From the NCBI GenBank assembly GCA_964451675.1, contig CAYVIL010000003.1:7585-57890 (forward strand): a stretch of DNA of 50,306 nucleotides. Direction: 5' to 3'. Shown here piece after piece: positions 18,362-26,404 of the stretch. The notes beneath the pieces are model-generated. The model made no database searches and was not told the origin of the DNA. It worked only from the letters and a program-made list of their open reading frames with translations. The stretch comes from an uncultured Candidatus Saccharibacteria bacterium. Lineage in GTDB: Bacteria; Patescibacteriota; WWE3; JAUXAW01; CAYREW01. The number at the start of each line of letters is the position of its first letter. The stretch's first letter is position 1. Position numbers and translations under genes: made by a program.

Positions 18362-18532
18362 CCCAAATAAAGATTAAGTATTCCGCCCCGGGGTGCCTAA
18401 AGGGAAGGGTTAACCCCTAAAATCCAAGTGGGTTTCCTCTCCTCGAGCGCACACGCCCGAGGAAGAAAAGAATCCCTGGTCAATAATGCTGAGGATTCAC
18501 TCGCTTCCCAAAACGGTACACCCCAGGGTCAC
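18338..18532 (-). ncRNA. Candidate structured small RNA of about 195 nt, 6S-like rod architecture, unclassified
   Basis: GC-rich island in an AT-rich, ORF-free gap. A 10-bp closing helix pairs 18519-18528 with 18386-18395. Further helices are GGGAAG/CUUCCC and an apical hairpin CCUCGGGCG-UGUG-CGCUCGAGG. Three G-U pairs on the minus strand would be A-C mismatches on the plus strand. It has its own promoter-like element and terminator. Confidence 0.5.
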
Positions 18533-18536
18533 TATT

Positions 18537-18565
18537 AATTTAGCATAGAATTCTTGAAAAAACAA
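18537..18565 (-). promoter_or_regulatory. Putative promoter of the candidate small RNA
   Basis: Minus strand TTGTTT (18565-18560), a 17-nt spacer, then TAAATT (18542-18537). The predicted start near 18530 lies at the base of the closing helix. Confidence 0.4.
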
Positions 18566-18582
18566 CTCTTTTAAGTTAAACT
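18554..18582 (+). promoter_or_regulatory. Putative sigma70-type promoter of secE-nusG-rplK
   Basis: TTGAAA (18554-18559), a 17-nt spacer, then TAAACT (18577-18582), 12 nt before the secE ATG. Confidence 0.5.
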
Positions 18583-18593
18583 AGCTAAATAAC

Positions 18594-18773
18594 ATGCCAA
18601 AAATTATCAGTATTTTAAAAGAAGTCCGAACCGAACTTAAAAAAATAAATTGGCCAAATAGAGATCAAACCATTAAGCTAACTGCGATTGTAGTTATTAG
18701 CAGTTTGCTTCTTGCTTTTTTTGTTGGAATAGTAGACTATATTTTTGCTCAAGCAGTTGCCTTACTTATTTAG
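18594..18773 (+). CDS. secE: Preprotein translocase subunit SecE (59 aa; below the ORF-track cutoff)
   Basis: Hand translation gives MPKIISILKEVRTELKKINWPNRDQTIKLTAIVVISSLLLAFFVGIVDYIFAQAVALLI. It has the E..EL.KV.WP motif, a single TM helix and the canonical position before nusG. Confidence 0.85.
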   Translation: MPKIISILKEVRTELKKINWPNRDQTIKLTAIVVISSLLLAFFVGIVDYIFAQAVALLI

Positions 18774-18801
18774 TTTATCTTCAATTGATAATTGATTAAC
18801 A

Positions 18802-19341
18802 ATGGATAATTCAGAATCAAAAACACACTGGTATTCTATACACTCACAAGCAGGTCACGAGAAGAAAATCGCTGGAGCTTTGAAACAGCGAATTGAGGCC
18901 ATGGGTCTGGAAAACAAAATTAAGGAAGTCGTTGTCCCAACCCAAAACAAAATTGTAATTCGCAATGGGCAAAAGAAAGAGATCAAAGAACGGTTATTCC
19001 CAGGATACATATTCATAAAAATGGTTCTCAACGACACCACTTGGCGTGTTGTCAGAAGCACAGAAGGTGTTACTGGATTTGTAGGAATTGGCGATAACCC
19101 TACTGCGCTGCCACCGCAAGAAGTTGACAGAATCCTTAAATTTATGGAAATGGAAGCACCTAAATTCGAAGCAAAATTTGAGCTTGGCGACTCGGTTAGA
19201 ATAACAGAGGGACCTTTTACAGACTTCGTTGGGGAGGTTAAAGAACTTGATAAAGAAAAGGGACGGGTCAAAGTTTTAGTTTCCATATTTGGAAGAGAAA
19301 CACCTGTAGATCTAGAACTGACCCAAGTCAAACCTTTATAG
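18802..19341 (+). CDS. nusG: Transcription termination/antitermination factor NusG
   Basis: NGN domain [13 protein letters not shown]...FPGYIFIKM and KOW motif [22 protein letters not shown]. Confidence 0.95.
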   Translation: MDNSESKTHWYSIHSQAGHEKKIAGALKQRIEAMGLENKIKEVVVPTQNKIVIRNGQKKEIKERLFPGYIFIKMVLNDTTWRVVRSTEGVTGFVGIGDNPTALPPQEVDRILKFMEMEAPKFEAKFELGDSVRITEGPFTDFVGEVKELDKEKGRVKVLVSIFGRETPVDLELTQVKPL

Positions 19342-19373
19342 ATAAACACACTCTCGGTTTTAGAATTTATAAG

Positions 19374-19796
19374 ATGAGTAAAAAAGAAATAGCAAAGACC
19401 AAACTGACTATACCCGGAGGCGAAGCTACACCTGCTCCGCCAGTTGGACCTGCTCTGGGGCAGCACGGTATAGCTATAATGGATTTCTGCAAAAAATTTA
19501 ACGAAGAAACAAAAGATAAAAAAGGTGATTTAATCCCAGTAGAAATAACTATCTACGAAGACCGGAGTTTTGATTTTGTTACTAAATCCCCTCCCACATC
19601 CTTCCTTTTAAAAAAGGCAGCCGGAGTAGAAAAAGGATCAGGCAAACCCAATAAGGAAAAGGCAGGTACTGTTACAGAAAATGAAATAGAACAAATAGCA
19701 ACTGAAAAGCTCCCAGATCTAAACACTAACAATATTGACAAAGCAAAAGAAATAGTTAAAGGAACTGCTAAAAATATGGGAATAGAAATAAAATAA
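19374..19796 (+). CDS. rplK: 50S ribosomal protein L11
   Basis: [21 protein letters not shown] and the remaining L11 signature. 140 aa. Confidence 0.95.
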   Translation: MSKKEIAKTKLTIPGGEATPAPPVGPALGQHGIAIMDFCKKFNEETKDKKGDLIPVEITIYEDRSFDFVTKSPPTSFLLKKAAGVEKGSGKPNKEKAGTVTENEIEQIATEKLPDLNTNNIDKAKEIVKGTAKNMGIEIK

Positions 19797-19824
19797 ACTG
19801 TAAGTTTAAAATTAGTAGAACAGC

Positions 19825-19853
19825 TTGACATTGCCTAGGAAATAACCTAAACT
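19825..19853 (+). promoter_or_regulatory. Putative sigma70-type promoter of rplJ-rplL
   Basis: TTGACA (19825-19830), a 17-nt spacer, then TAAACT (19848-19853). This leaves an approximately 80-nt leader before rplJ. Confidence 0.5.
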
Positions 19854-19939
19854 TCCTTTCGTCCAATCCAAAGACAGCTAGGGGTTTATCAAGACTTAAT
19901 ATAGAGATACCAAAAATCAAACCCTGCCGAGGAGCTAAA

Positions 19940-20455
19940 ATGCCAAAAGAATCAAAAGTCAAAATTGTATCAGAAATTAAAGAGCAGTTGGAAAGCGCAC
20001 AAAGCGCTGTTTTTGTCGACTATAGCGGTCTAGATGCCAACAAACTTAATGAATTACGAAGAATACTGAGTAAACACGGTGCCCGTCTTCTTGTCGCCAA
20101 AAACACATTAATTCACAGAGCATTACCCTCTTCTAAATACAAAGGCTTAGCAGCGCTAGAGGGACCAACAGCTCTTATATCCTCTCCAAAAAGCGATCTA
20201 ACAGTTATAAAAAAATTGGTAGAGTTTTCTAAAGAAATAGAAAAACCAAAAATAAAGCTAGGGTTTTTTGACAAAGAACTGCTCACATCAGAACAAGTAA
20301 AAAACCTAGCAAAAATACCAGAAAAGGAAGAGTTATTAACGCAGCTGGGTTACAACCTCCACTATCCTATCTACTCTTTTGTAATTGGTAATAAAAGAAT
20401 TATCAATAAACTAGCACTTGCAATACAACAGATAGCAAATCAGAAGGAAGCGTAG
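19940..20455 (+). CDS. rplJ: 50S ribosomal protein L10
   Basis: KEQLESAQSAVFVDYSGLDANKLNELRRILSKHGARLLVAKNTL is typical L10. Followed by rplL. Confidence 0.9.
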   Translation: MPKESKVKIVSEIKEQLESAQSAVFVDYSGLDANKLNELRRILSKHGARLLVAKNTLIHRALPSSKYKGLAALEGPTALISSPKSDLTVIKKLVEFSKEIEKPKIKLGFFDKELLTSEQVKNLAKIPEKEELLTQLGYNLHYPIYSFVIGNKRIINKLALAIQQIANQKEA

Positions 20456-20485
20456 TGTTAAGAAAAAGGTGGTGACAAAACTATT

Positions 20486-20878
20486 ATGGCAGAAGATAAA
20501 AACGAAAAAATAGAAAAAATTATTAACTTTATTGAAGAACTAAGTGTCTTGGAATTACATGAGCTTGTGAAAACTTTGGAAGAAAAGTTCGATGTTAGTG
20601 CGCAACCAACTGCCGTAACTGCTGTACCAACAACGACAAAAACAGATGAAGAAGCTGAAGAAAAAAGTTCTTATGATGTGATTCTTAAAACACCAGGTGA
20701 TAACAAAATCGCTGTAATCAAGGCAGTACGAACTATAGACCAGAGCGTTGGATTAAAGGAAGCTAAAGAGCTAGTAGAAGCAGCTCCAAAACCAATTTTA
20801 GAGGGTGCAGCCCCGGAAGACGCTGAAGAAGCTAAAAAGGTGCTCGAAGAAGCAGGTGCAGAAGTAGAATTGAAGTAA
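20486..20878 (+). CDS. rplL: 50S ribosomal protein L7/L12
   Basis: N-terminal dimerisation helix, Ala/Thr/Pro-rich hinge, C-terminal KIAVIKAVR...[10 protein letters not shown]...[11 protein letters not shown]. Confidence 0.95.
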   Translation: MAEDKNEKIEKIINFIEELSVLELHELVKTLEEKFDVSAQPTAVTAVPTTTKTDEEAEEKSSYDVILKTPGDNKIAVIKAVRTIDQSVGLKEAKELVEAAPKPILEGAAPEDAEEAKKVLEEAGAEVELK

Positions 20879-20965
20879 CTCAAAAATCAATTCTCATTCA
20901 TCAACCAATAAGGATTTAAACTGCAGTTACCGGCAACGAAAAAAAATCACAACTAAAAAGAAAAT

Positions 20966-22720
20966 TTACGAGGTATCAAATCTGTTGTAAAGAATTTCTT
21001 CGTACTCACGAAACATTCTGCGAGTGTTGAATTTAGCTGCTGTTGTTCGCCAAGCACTTTTTACTTTCTCCAGCCATTTATTAGGTACCCCACCTTCCCG
21101 ATCATAATAAAGAGGAACAATTTCCTGGTTCAGAAGATAGAAAAGAGCATCATTCATTGCTTTAGTTCCGTACTCGGCAGTCTCTTCAGGGTCCATTGAC
21201 CCAATTACCCAACCATTTTCACCATTGAACGCTTCAAACCACCAACCGTCTAGCGTACTAGTATTCAAGACACCATTCAGCAACGCCTTCATACCGCTTG
21301 TACCGCAAGCCTCCATCGGCGGTAAAGGAGTATTTACCCAAACATCAACACCAGCAACCAAATATTTCGCCAACTCAATATCGTAATTCTCACAAAAAAC
21401 CAAGTACTCGCCAAACTCATCATCATGATCGGCTCTGTAAACCCGCTGAAGTAGTAACTTCCCAACATCATCTGTTGGATGGGCTTTACCAGAAATAAAA
21501 AGATGTGCAGGATAGTTTTCATTCACCAGAAGTGCTTTTAGGTGCTTTTCGCGCGTAATCAAAATTTCCGGCTGCTTGTAAGGGGCAAATCTCCGTGCGA
21601 ATCCTATAAAGAGAGAGTCGGTGTCTATTCTCTTTTCCCATAGCCTAAATTTAGAAAGATAATCTAATAACTGCTGTTTGGCCTGCAACCTCGCTTCCCA
21701 CAAATCATCATTAGGTATCTCACTTACTTTCTCCCAAAGGTCCTGATTGGCAACGTTTTTAATCCAATCATTCCCTAAATATTTTTCAAATAGCTTTTTT
21801 ATAGAATTCGAACACCACAATTCATAATTAACACCGTTCGTAATATGATTAATATCATATCCCGACCATATTTTCCTCGATACCTCTTCATGTTTAGCAC
21901 TAACAGCATTCTTTCTATCTGCCAGCTCCATTGCTATTTTAGTTAAACTGAAAAGAACTTCTTCCTCCCTACGCACAGACCCTAACTTTAGTACTTTTTC
22001 TGTGTCCTCTGGAGTGAATAAGCTCTCCAATAAAGGACGCACAGACTTCTTAGCAAAAGTACTTTCCGCCCCCTTAACTGGAGTATGGGTAGTAAAAACA
22101 AACCTTTCCCTAACTCTATTAACAGCCTCATCCCAATCCAGACCATCATTTAGAAACTCCGAAAACATTAAAAGGAGCGAAAAGGTTGCGTGGTCGTCAT
22201 TTAAATGCCACAAATCCGGCTCAATTTCTAAAGCACGAAAAGTATAAACCCCCCCAATACCTAATAATACTTCGCTTTCAAAACGCAAATTCCAGTCACC
22301 AGTATATAATCTAAATGTTAGTCCCCGATCCTCTTCAGCATTCTTATCTATATTAGCATCCATTAAATAAAGCATCGCACCGCCAACTTTAAGTTTCCAA
22401 ATACGCAAAAAAATAATTCTATCTCCAAAAGGAACCTCCACAATAAGCTCAGATCCATCTTTAGACTTAACTGTTTCTAAACCATGCTCTCTAGGATTCC
22501 ACAGATGATAGGTTTCGTGCTGCCAACCATCATCATCTAAATGCTGTTCAAAAAAACCTTCCGAATATAGGTAACCCAAACCGCAAACTTCTGTAGCAAA
22601 TTCAGAAGACTGGTGCAAAAAATCACCAGCTAAAATACCTAAACCTCCCGCGTAAATAGGCAAGTTCCTCTCTGCAAGACCGTACTCTGCTGAAAAATAA
22701 GCTACAACATATTTAGACAT
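20966..22720 (-). CDS. Alpha-glucan phosphorylase (GT35, short GlgP/maltodextrin phosphorylase family)
   Basis: N-terminus VAYFSAEYGLAERNLPIYAGGLGILAGDFL and the pyridoxal-phosphate lysine region EACGTSGMKALLNG. Confidence 0.85.
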   Translation of the reverse strand: MSKYVVAYFSAEYGLAERNLPIYAGGLGILAGDFLHQSSEFATEVCGLGYLYSEGFFEQHLDDDGWQHETYHLWNPREHGLETVKSKDGSELIVEVPFGDRIIFLRIWKLKVGGAMLYLMDANIDKNAEEDRGLTFRLYTGDWNLRFESEVLLGIGGVYTFRALEIEPDLWHLNDDHATFSLLLMFSEFLNDGLDWDEAVNRVRERFVFTTHTPVKGAESTFAKKSVRPLLESLFTPEDTEKVLKLGSVRREEEVLFSLTKIAMELADRKNAVSAKHEEVSRKIWSGYDINHITNGVNYELWCSNSIKKLFEKYLGNDWIKNVANQDLWEKVSEIPNDDLWEARLQAKQQLLDYLSKFRLWEKRIDTDSLFIGFARRFAPYKQPEILITREKHLKALLVNENYPAHLFISGKAHPTDDVGKLLLQRVYRADHDDEFGEYLVFCENYDIELAKYLVAGVDVWVNTPLPPMEACGTSGMKALLNGVLNTSTLDGWWFEAFNGENGWVIGSMDPEETAEYGTKAMNDALFYLLNQEIVPLYYDREGGVPNKWLEKVKSAWRTTAAKFNTRRMFREYEEILYNRFDTS

Positions 22721-22777
22721 TTTTAAAAGATTACCATAAGAACAAACTGTTCAGAAACAGGGTATTCCACCCAATTG

Positions 22778-23764
22778 CTACTCAGCAAGTCCAACACCGT
22801 CAGTACCAAAAGTTAATACTTCAGAACAAAATAGCTCAAAAAGAATGTGCTTTCGCACACTTTGAGCACACTTCCTGAAACCAGCAGTAGAGTACTCCAA
22901 ACCGCGGAAAACGAGCAAAATCTTAAACAAATCAAGGATCTCCGGATCAAAATTAGGGTCTTCTTTCTTATAAGTGTTTAAAAAAATTCTTCTTTTATTT
23001 TCCAGACCATCTTTATCAAGTTGGGCATCCTTGCCTAAATAAGTCAACCTGTACTCGTGCGTAAACTGTACCAAAAAGCTTGCCAGATCATAAAGAGGGT
23101 AAAAATAACTACTGTAAGAAAAATCTACTAAACTGAACCTGTGTCCGGAAACAACAATGTTTTTAGGATGAAGATCTCCATGCATTAAGCCTGGTGATAA
23201 GTTTTTTAACCGGGTTTGCCAACCTCGAAAAATAATTTCACTAAACAAATCAAAAACACGCTCACACCTTTCAAATTTACGGAATGCTCTTTTGGCATCC
23301 GGCACTTTAGCTTTAGCCTCAACAAGCAACTGTTCAAAATCAAATTTATAAGGATGAAACTTGTCTAGCGGAGCTCTCCGAAACTCAACTAACAAAAGCG
23401 CTATCCTGGAAAGGAGCTTACGATCCGCATCTAATACGTTTAACGGGTCTCCTTCAAAATAATGCCTAACTATAAGCCCTGGGTCTGAGTATATTATTTT
23501 TGATGCACAAAATTGGGGAACAGTTCCCTCTTCTCCTAAATTATAGAGATATTTATGCACAGCTGCTTCCCGAAAGGCATCTTTTGAGTCCGAAAAGAAC
23601 ACGGCGATCAAATCGGGACCGGTTTTGCGTTGAACATAAAACTTCTGCTGCTCCGCCTGGTAAAAAGTAGCGTTACCAATACGGCTTATATCACCAATAT
23701 CTTTATCTTTAATAATCTTTTTTAAACAGTTACGGACATCCCTCAAACTAAGCTGCTTTGTCAT
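22778..23764 (-). CDS. Kinase-fold phosphotransferase (APH/choline-kinase/maltokinase-like); substrate unknown
   Basis: Catalytic loop LMHGDLHPKNIVV followed by LVDFSYS (DFG-like). Its ATG overlaps the 3' end of the upstream GH57 gene by 17 nt. Confidence 0.6.
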   Translation of the reverse strand: MTKQLSLRDVRNCLKKIIKDKDIGDISRIGNATFYQAEQQKFYVQRKTGPDLIAVFFSDSKDAFREAAVHKYLYNLGEEGTVPQFCASKIIYSDPGLIVRHYFEGDPLNVLDADRKLLSRIALLLVEFRRAPLDKFHPYKFDFEQLLVEAKAKVPDAKRAFRKFERCERVFDLFSEIIFRGWQTRLKNLSPGLMHGDLHPKNIVVSGHRFSLVDFSYSSYFYPLYDLASFLVQFTHEYRLTYLGKDAQLDKDGLENKRRIFLNTYKKEDPNFDPEILDLFKILLVFRGLEYSTAGFRKCAQSVRKHILFELFCSEVLTFGTDGVGLAE

Positions 23765-25187
23765 CTTTGTAGTCCTCTAACTCCTGTATCCGGTCACGCA
23801 GCTGTGCAGCACGCTCATATTCCTCTTTTTCAGCAACTGCGCGCATCTCCTTCCTAATACTTGCAATCATTTTATCCACTTCCTCAGCAGGTAGCTGCGG
23901 GAGACCTTGATCTGTACGCTCCCTAATCTCCTCATCTTCTCGACGGGACAGTTCTTCCACTTTACCGGATCTCTGCCAATCGAAACCCAAAGTAATAATA
24001 TCATAGTACAACTCCTTCACTTTTTCCCTCTGGCTTTCTTTTAGATTAGGAAGAGACAACACTGCAGTTTTTAATTCATAGGCTCCCTGCTCTATCATTT
24101 CCAAACTCCACCACGGTCGTGCACTAGCCCACCAGTACTGATCGGAATGAAGAGAACGGTCCAAAAGTTGTCGTGACTTAAACCATTGCTGCTGAACCGA
24201 ATTAAACTCCGCCTTCACACTAGAATTAGACATAGCATCAGAAGGAACACCCAAATCACCAGCAGACTCATAAACAGTCCCAATTGCATAATAAGTCAAC
24301 TCCCACTGTAATTGGTGTAGAAGATTACCTGGATCATCCCACCTAGAAAAAGGCGCATTTCTTTCTAGGTCTTTCTCCATTAAAGCCCAAGTTGAAGGAT
24401 AAGTTTTTGTAACCTCTCTATTTTCAAACAAAGATGCCAATTGCGAAATAGTACAAGAGTTGAATTCCTCTGACTCTAACAACGAAAAGAGGAGTTCTTC
24501 CATTCCGGGTCTGTGGTGACCAAAAGTCTCACCATCCATAGCAGTTAGCAAATAGTTGTGCCGGTTGATACGTTCTCCAAGATAATCCTTAAAGAGTTTA
24601 GGAGTACCTAACTGACCAGAAAGAATTTTAAAGGATGCATTGCGCTCACGAAAGAATATCTTTAACAACTCGGAATTAGAATCTATACCTTTTATCTCAT
24701 AAACACGATCATATTGAACATGACCAAAGTGGCGATCGTAGGAAAGTTCTTCAGCAATTACCCATTCAAAATCTAGTTCAGCAACAACTTCTGCCATTTT
24801 ACGGTTGTAAGCCATTTCAGGAGGAAAAAAACCTTTGGGTCTGTATAAATCTCCAAAGTATTTTTTGTGAGTTTCAATATCTAAAAGGATTTGGCGTTTT
24901 ATTTCACTTCTTGGAAGTTTAGGTAATAAAGGATGGTACTTGGCTGAAGCTGTAAGCTCAATCTTCCCATCCTTTAACAAGGATCTTAAACCGCGGATAA
25001 CATTTTCCAAGCCATGCTCTGCCCAAAGATCAACAAGGCAAGATGTCACATTTAACGTTAACCTAGCGTTTGGCAGTTTTTCTATCCCCTCAATAATCCG
25101 GCGATAGGACTCGTCAGTAACTTTTTTTAATATACGTACACTCTGTGTTGGTGGTTGGTAAAAATGTAAAAAACAAGCCCAATTCAT
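23748..25187 (-). CDS. Glycoside hydrolase family 57-like protein with a C-terminal UVR-type helical motif
   Basis: FLHFYQPPTQ N-terminus and DGETFGHH (GH57-type nucleophile region). The C-terminus IASIRKEMRAVAEKEEYERAAQLRDRIQELE matches the UvrB/UvrC UVR motif pattern. Confidence 0.75.
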   Translation of the reverse strand: MNWACFLHFYQPPTQSVRILKKVTDESYRRIIEGIEKLPNARLTLNVTSCLVDLWAEHGLENVIRGLRSLLKDGKIELTASAKYHPLLPKLPRSEIKRQILLDIETHKKYFGDLYRPKGFFPPEMAYNRKMAEVVAELDFEWVIAEELSYDRHFGHVQYDRVYEIKGIDSNSELLKIFFRERNASFKILSGQLGTPKLFKDYLGERINRHNYLLTAMDGETFGHHRPGMEELLFSLLESEEFNSCTISQLASLFENREVTKTYPSTWALMEKDLERNAPFSRWDDPGNLLHQLQWELTYYAIGTVYESAGDLGVPSDAMSNSSVKAEFNSVQQQWFKSRQLLDRSLHSDQYWWASARPWWSLEMIEQGAYELKTAVLSLPNLKESQREKVKELYYDIITLGFDWQRSGKVEELSRREDEEIRERTDQGLPQLPAEEVDKMIASIRKEMRAVAEKEEYERAAQLRDRIQELEDYKDDKAA

Positions 25188-25192
25188 AATAA

Positions 25193-26395
25193 CTAGGAAA
25201 TAATAGCTTGGGATCCGTATAAACGCAAACCATTGGATATAATTCTTTCTCCCAATTGATTAGCAAGGACGATCTTCGCTTTGGGAACGTTGGGCACAGA
25301 TTTAATTGCCTTAAGAAGAGATTCTACACCCCGTTTTACCATCTCTGGGTGCCAAACCGGGTCCCCACCTGCCCAAAAATATTGGTCGCTATGCAAAGCT
25401 TTATCCAAAATAAACCTGGCTTTAAGCCATTCTTTTTGCATCGGGGTTATCTCCTTACCTTCTAAAACACCTTCCGAGTAAACACCTTTTACGGCAAACT
25501 CTGATCTTGTAACTGTATATATAGCCAAATTAGTTAATTCCCATTGCAACCGGTGGATTAAATTATCAGGGTTATTCCAACGGGTCTTGGGACCCCAAGT
25601 CGATCTCAGAGGTTCAATCACTTGTTCTTCATAATTGTTCACCAGTAAACTAGAAATTGTTGTCAGAGTTAAACGGGGGTCCTCAATCGAATGCAAGAAA
25701 ATATCCCGCAACAACGGGAGTTGCTCAGAACGGTGATGACCAAAAGTCTCACCATCCAAAGCTACAATAACATACCCTTGTGATTCTAAATCCAAAACAT
25801 TGAAGAACTCTTCTTGACTAGTAATACGCCCAAAAGCGATATCCAAGCTCAAAGTATTATGCCGGAAAAAAACGTTTAAACTCGAATTCTTTACCTTGAA
25901 TAACGTGTCAAAGGGTTTACGTATATCCTCCACGGCGGGCCGTTGTAATGCTTTCTGATCGAGAACCAACCATCTAAAACGGAGAGATCCTAATATTGAA
26001 TCCAGTCGTGAGGAGTAGGCCATTTCAGGAGGAAAAAAGCCAGAGGGGTCATATTCAGAACCAAAATATTTGGAGTTAATATGTTCGTTTAACTCAATTT
26101 GGCGGTAAATTTCTTGTTTTGGCAATTCTGGTAAGAAGGCGTGATAGGCTGCAGAAGATGTCAATTCAATTTGTCCGTTGCGCACCAATCTTTTAATTCT
26201 TTCCAACAAATCTGCATAGCCTTTCTCCGCCAGCTGCTCTGTCAAAGAAGCATTAATATTTAATGTTATCGAGCATTGTGGGTATTCTTCCAAAAGAGAA
26301 ATAACTTTTAGGTAGCAATCTTGAGCAATTTTTTCTGTTACTCCGGAGATTTGCGTAGGAGGCTGATAAATATGGAGGAAGATTGCGAGGTACAT
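25193..26395 (-). CDS. Glycoside hydrolase family 57-like protein (paralog of the adjacent gene)
   Basis: FLHIYQPPTQ, FFPPEMAYS, DGETFGHH and HSDQYFW are shared motif by motif with the 23748-25187 product. It lacks the UVR tail. Confidence 0.75.
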   Translation of the reverse strand: MYLAIFLHIYQPPTQISGVTEKIAQDCYLKVISLLEEYPQCSITLNINASLTEQLAEKGYADLLERIKRLVRNGQIELTSSAAYHAFLPELPKQEIYRQIELNEHINSKYFGSEYDPSGFFPPEMAYSSRLDSILGSLRFRWLVLDQKALQRPAVEDIRKPFDTLFKVKNSSLNVFFRHNTLSLDIAFGRITSQEEFFNVLDLESQGYVIVALDGETFGHHRSEQLPLLRDIFLHSIEDPRLTLTTISSLLVNNYEEQVIEPLRSTWGPKTRWNNPDNLIHRLQWELTNLAIYTVTRSEFAVKGVYSEGVLEGKEITPMQKEWLKARFILDKALHSDQYFWAGGDPVWHPEMVKRGVESLLKAIKSVPNVPKAKIVLANQLGERIISNGLRLYGSQAIIS

Positions 26396-26404
26396 AAGAA
26401 AAAC

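Noticed and set aside
18338-18532. Possibility that the structured RNA is SRP (4.5S) RNA, tmRNA or RNase P RNA.
   Set aside because: There is no GGAA-capped helix 8 with an AGCAGC-type 3' strand. There is no tRNA-like T-arm or CCA end and no GGGG..UUCGAC 5' motif. GAGAGGAAACCC only loosely resembles the RNase P GAGGAAAGUCC box. The AAGAGCGCACC-like string at 18290-18300 is on the opposite strand, and no P4 pairing can be built.
18855-19466. 203-aa ORF antisense to nusG and rplK.
   Set aside because: It lies entirely opposite two well-supported conserved genes. Its Ser/Leu-rich composition is typical of antisense frames and it has no motif.
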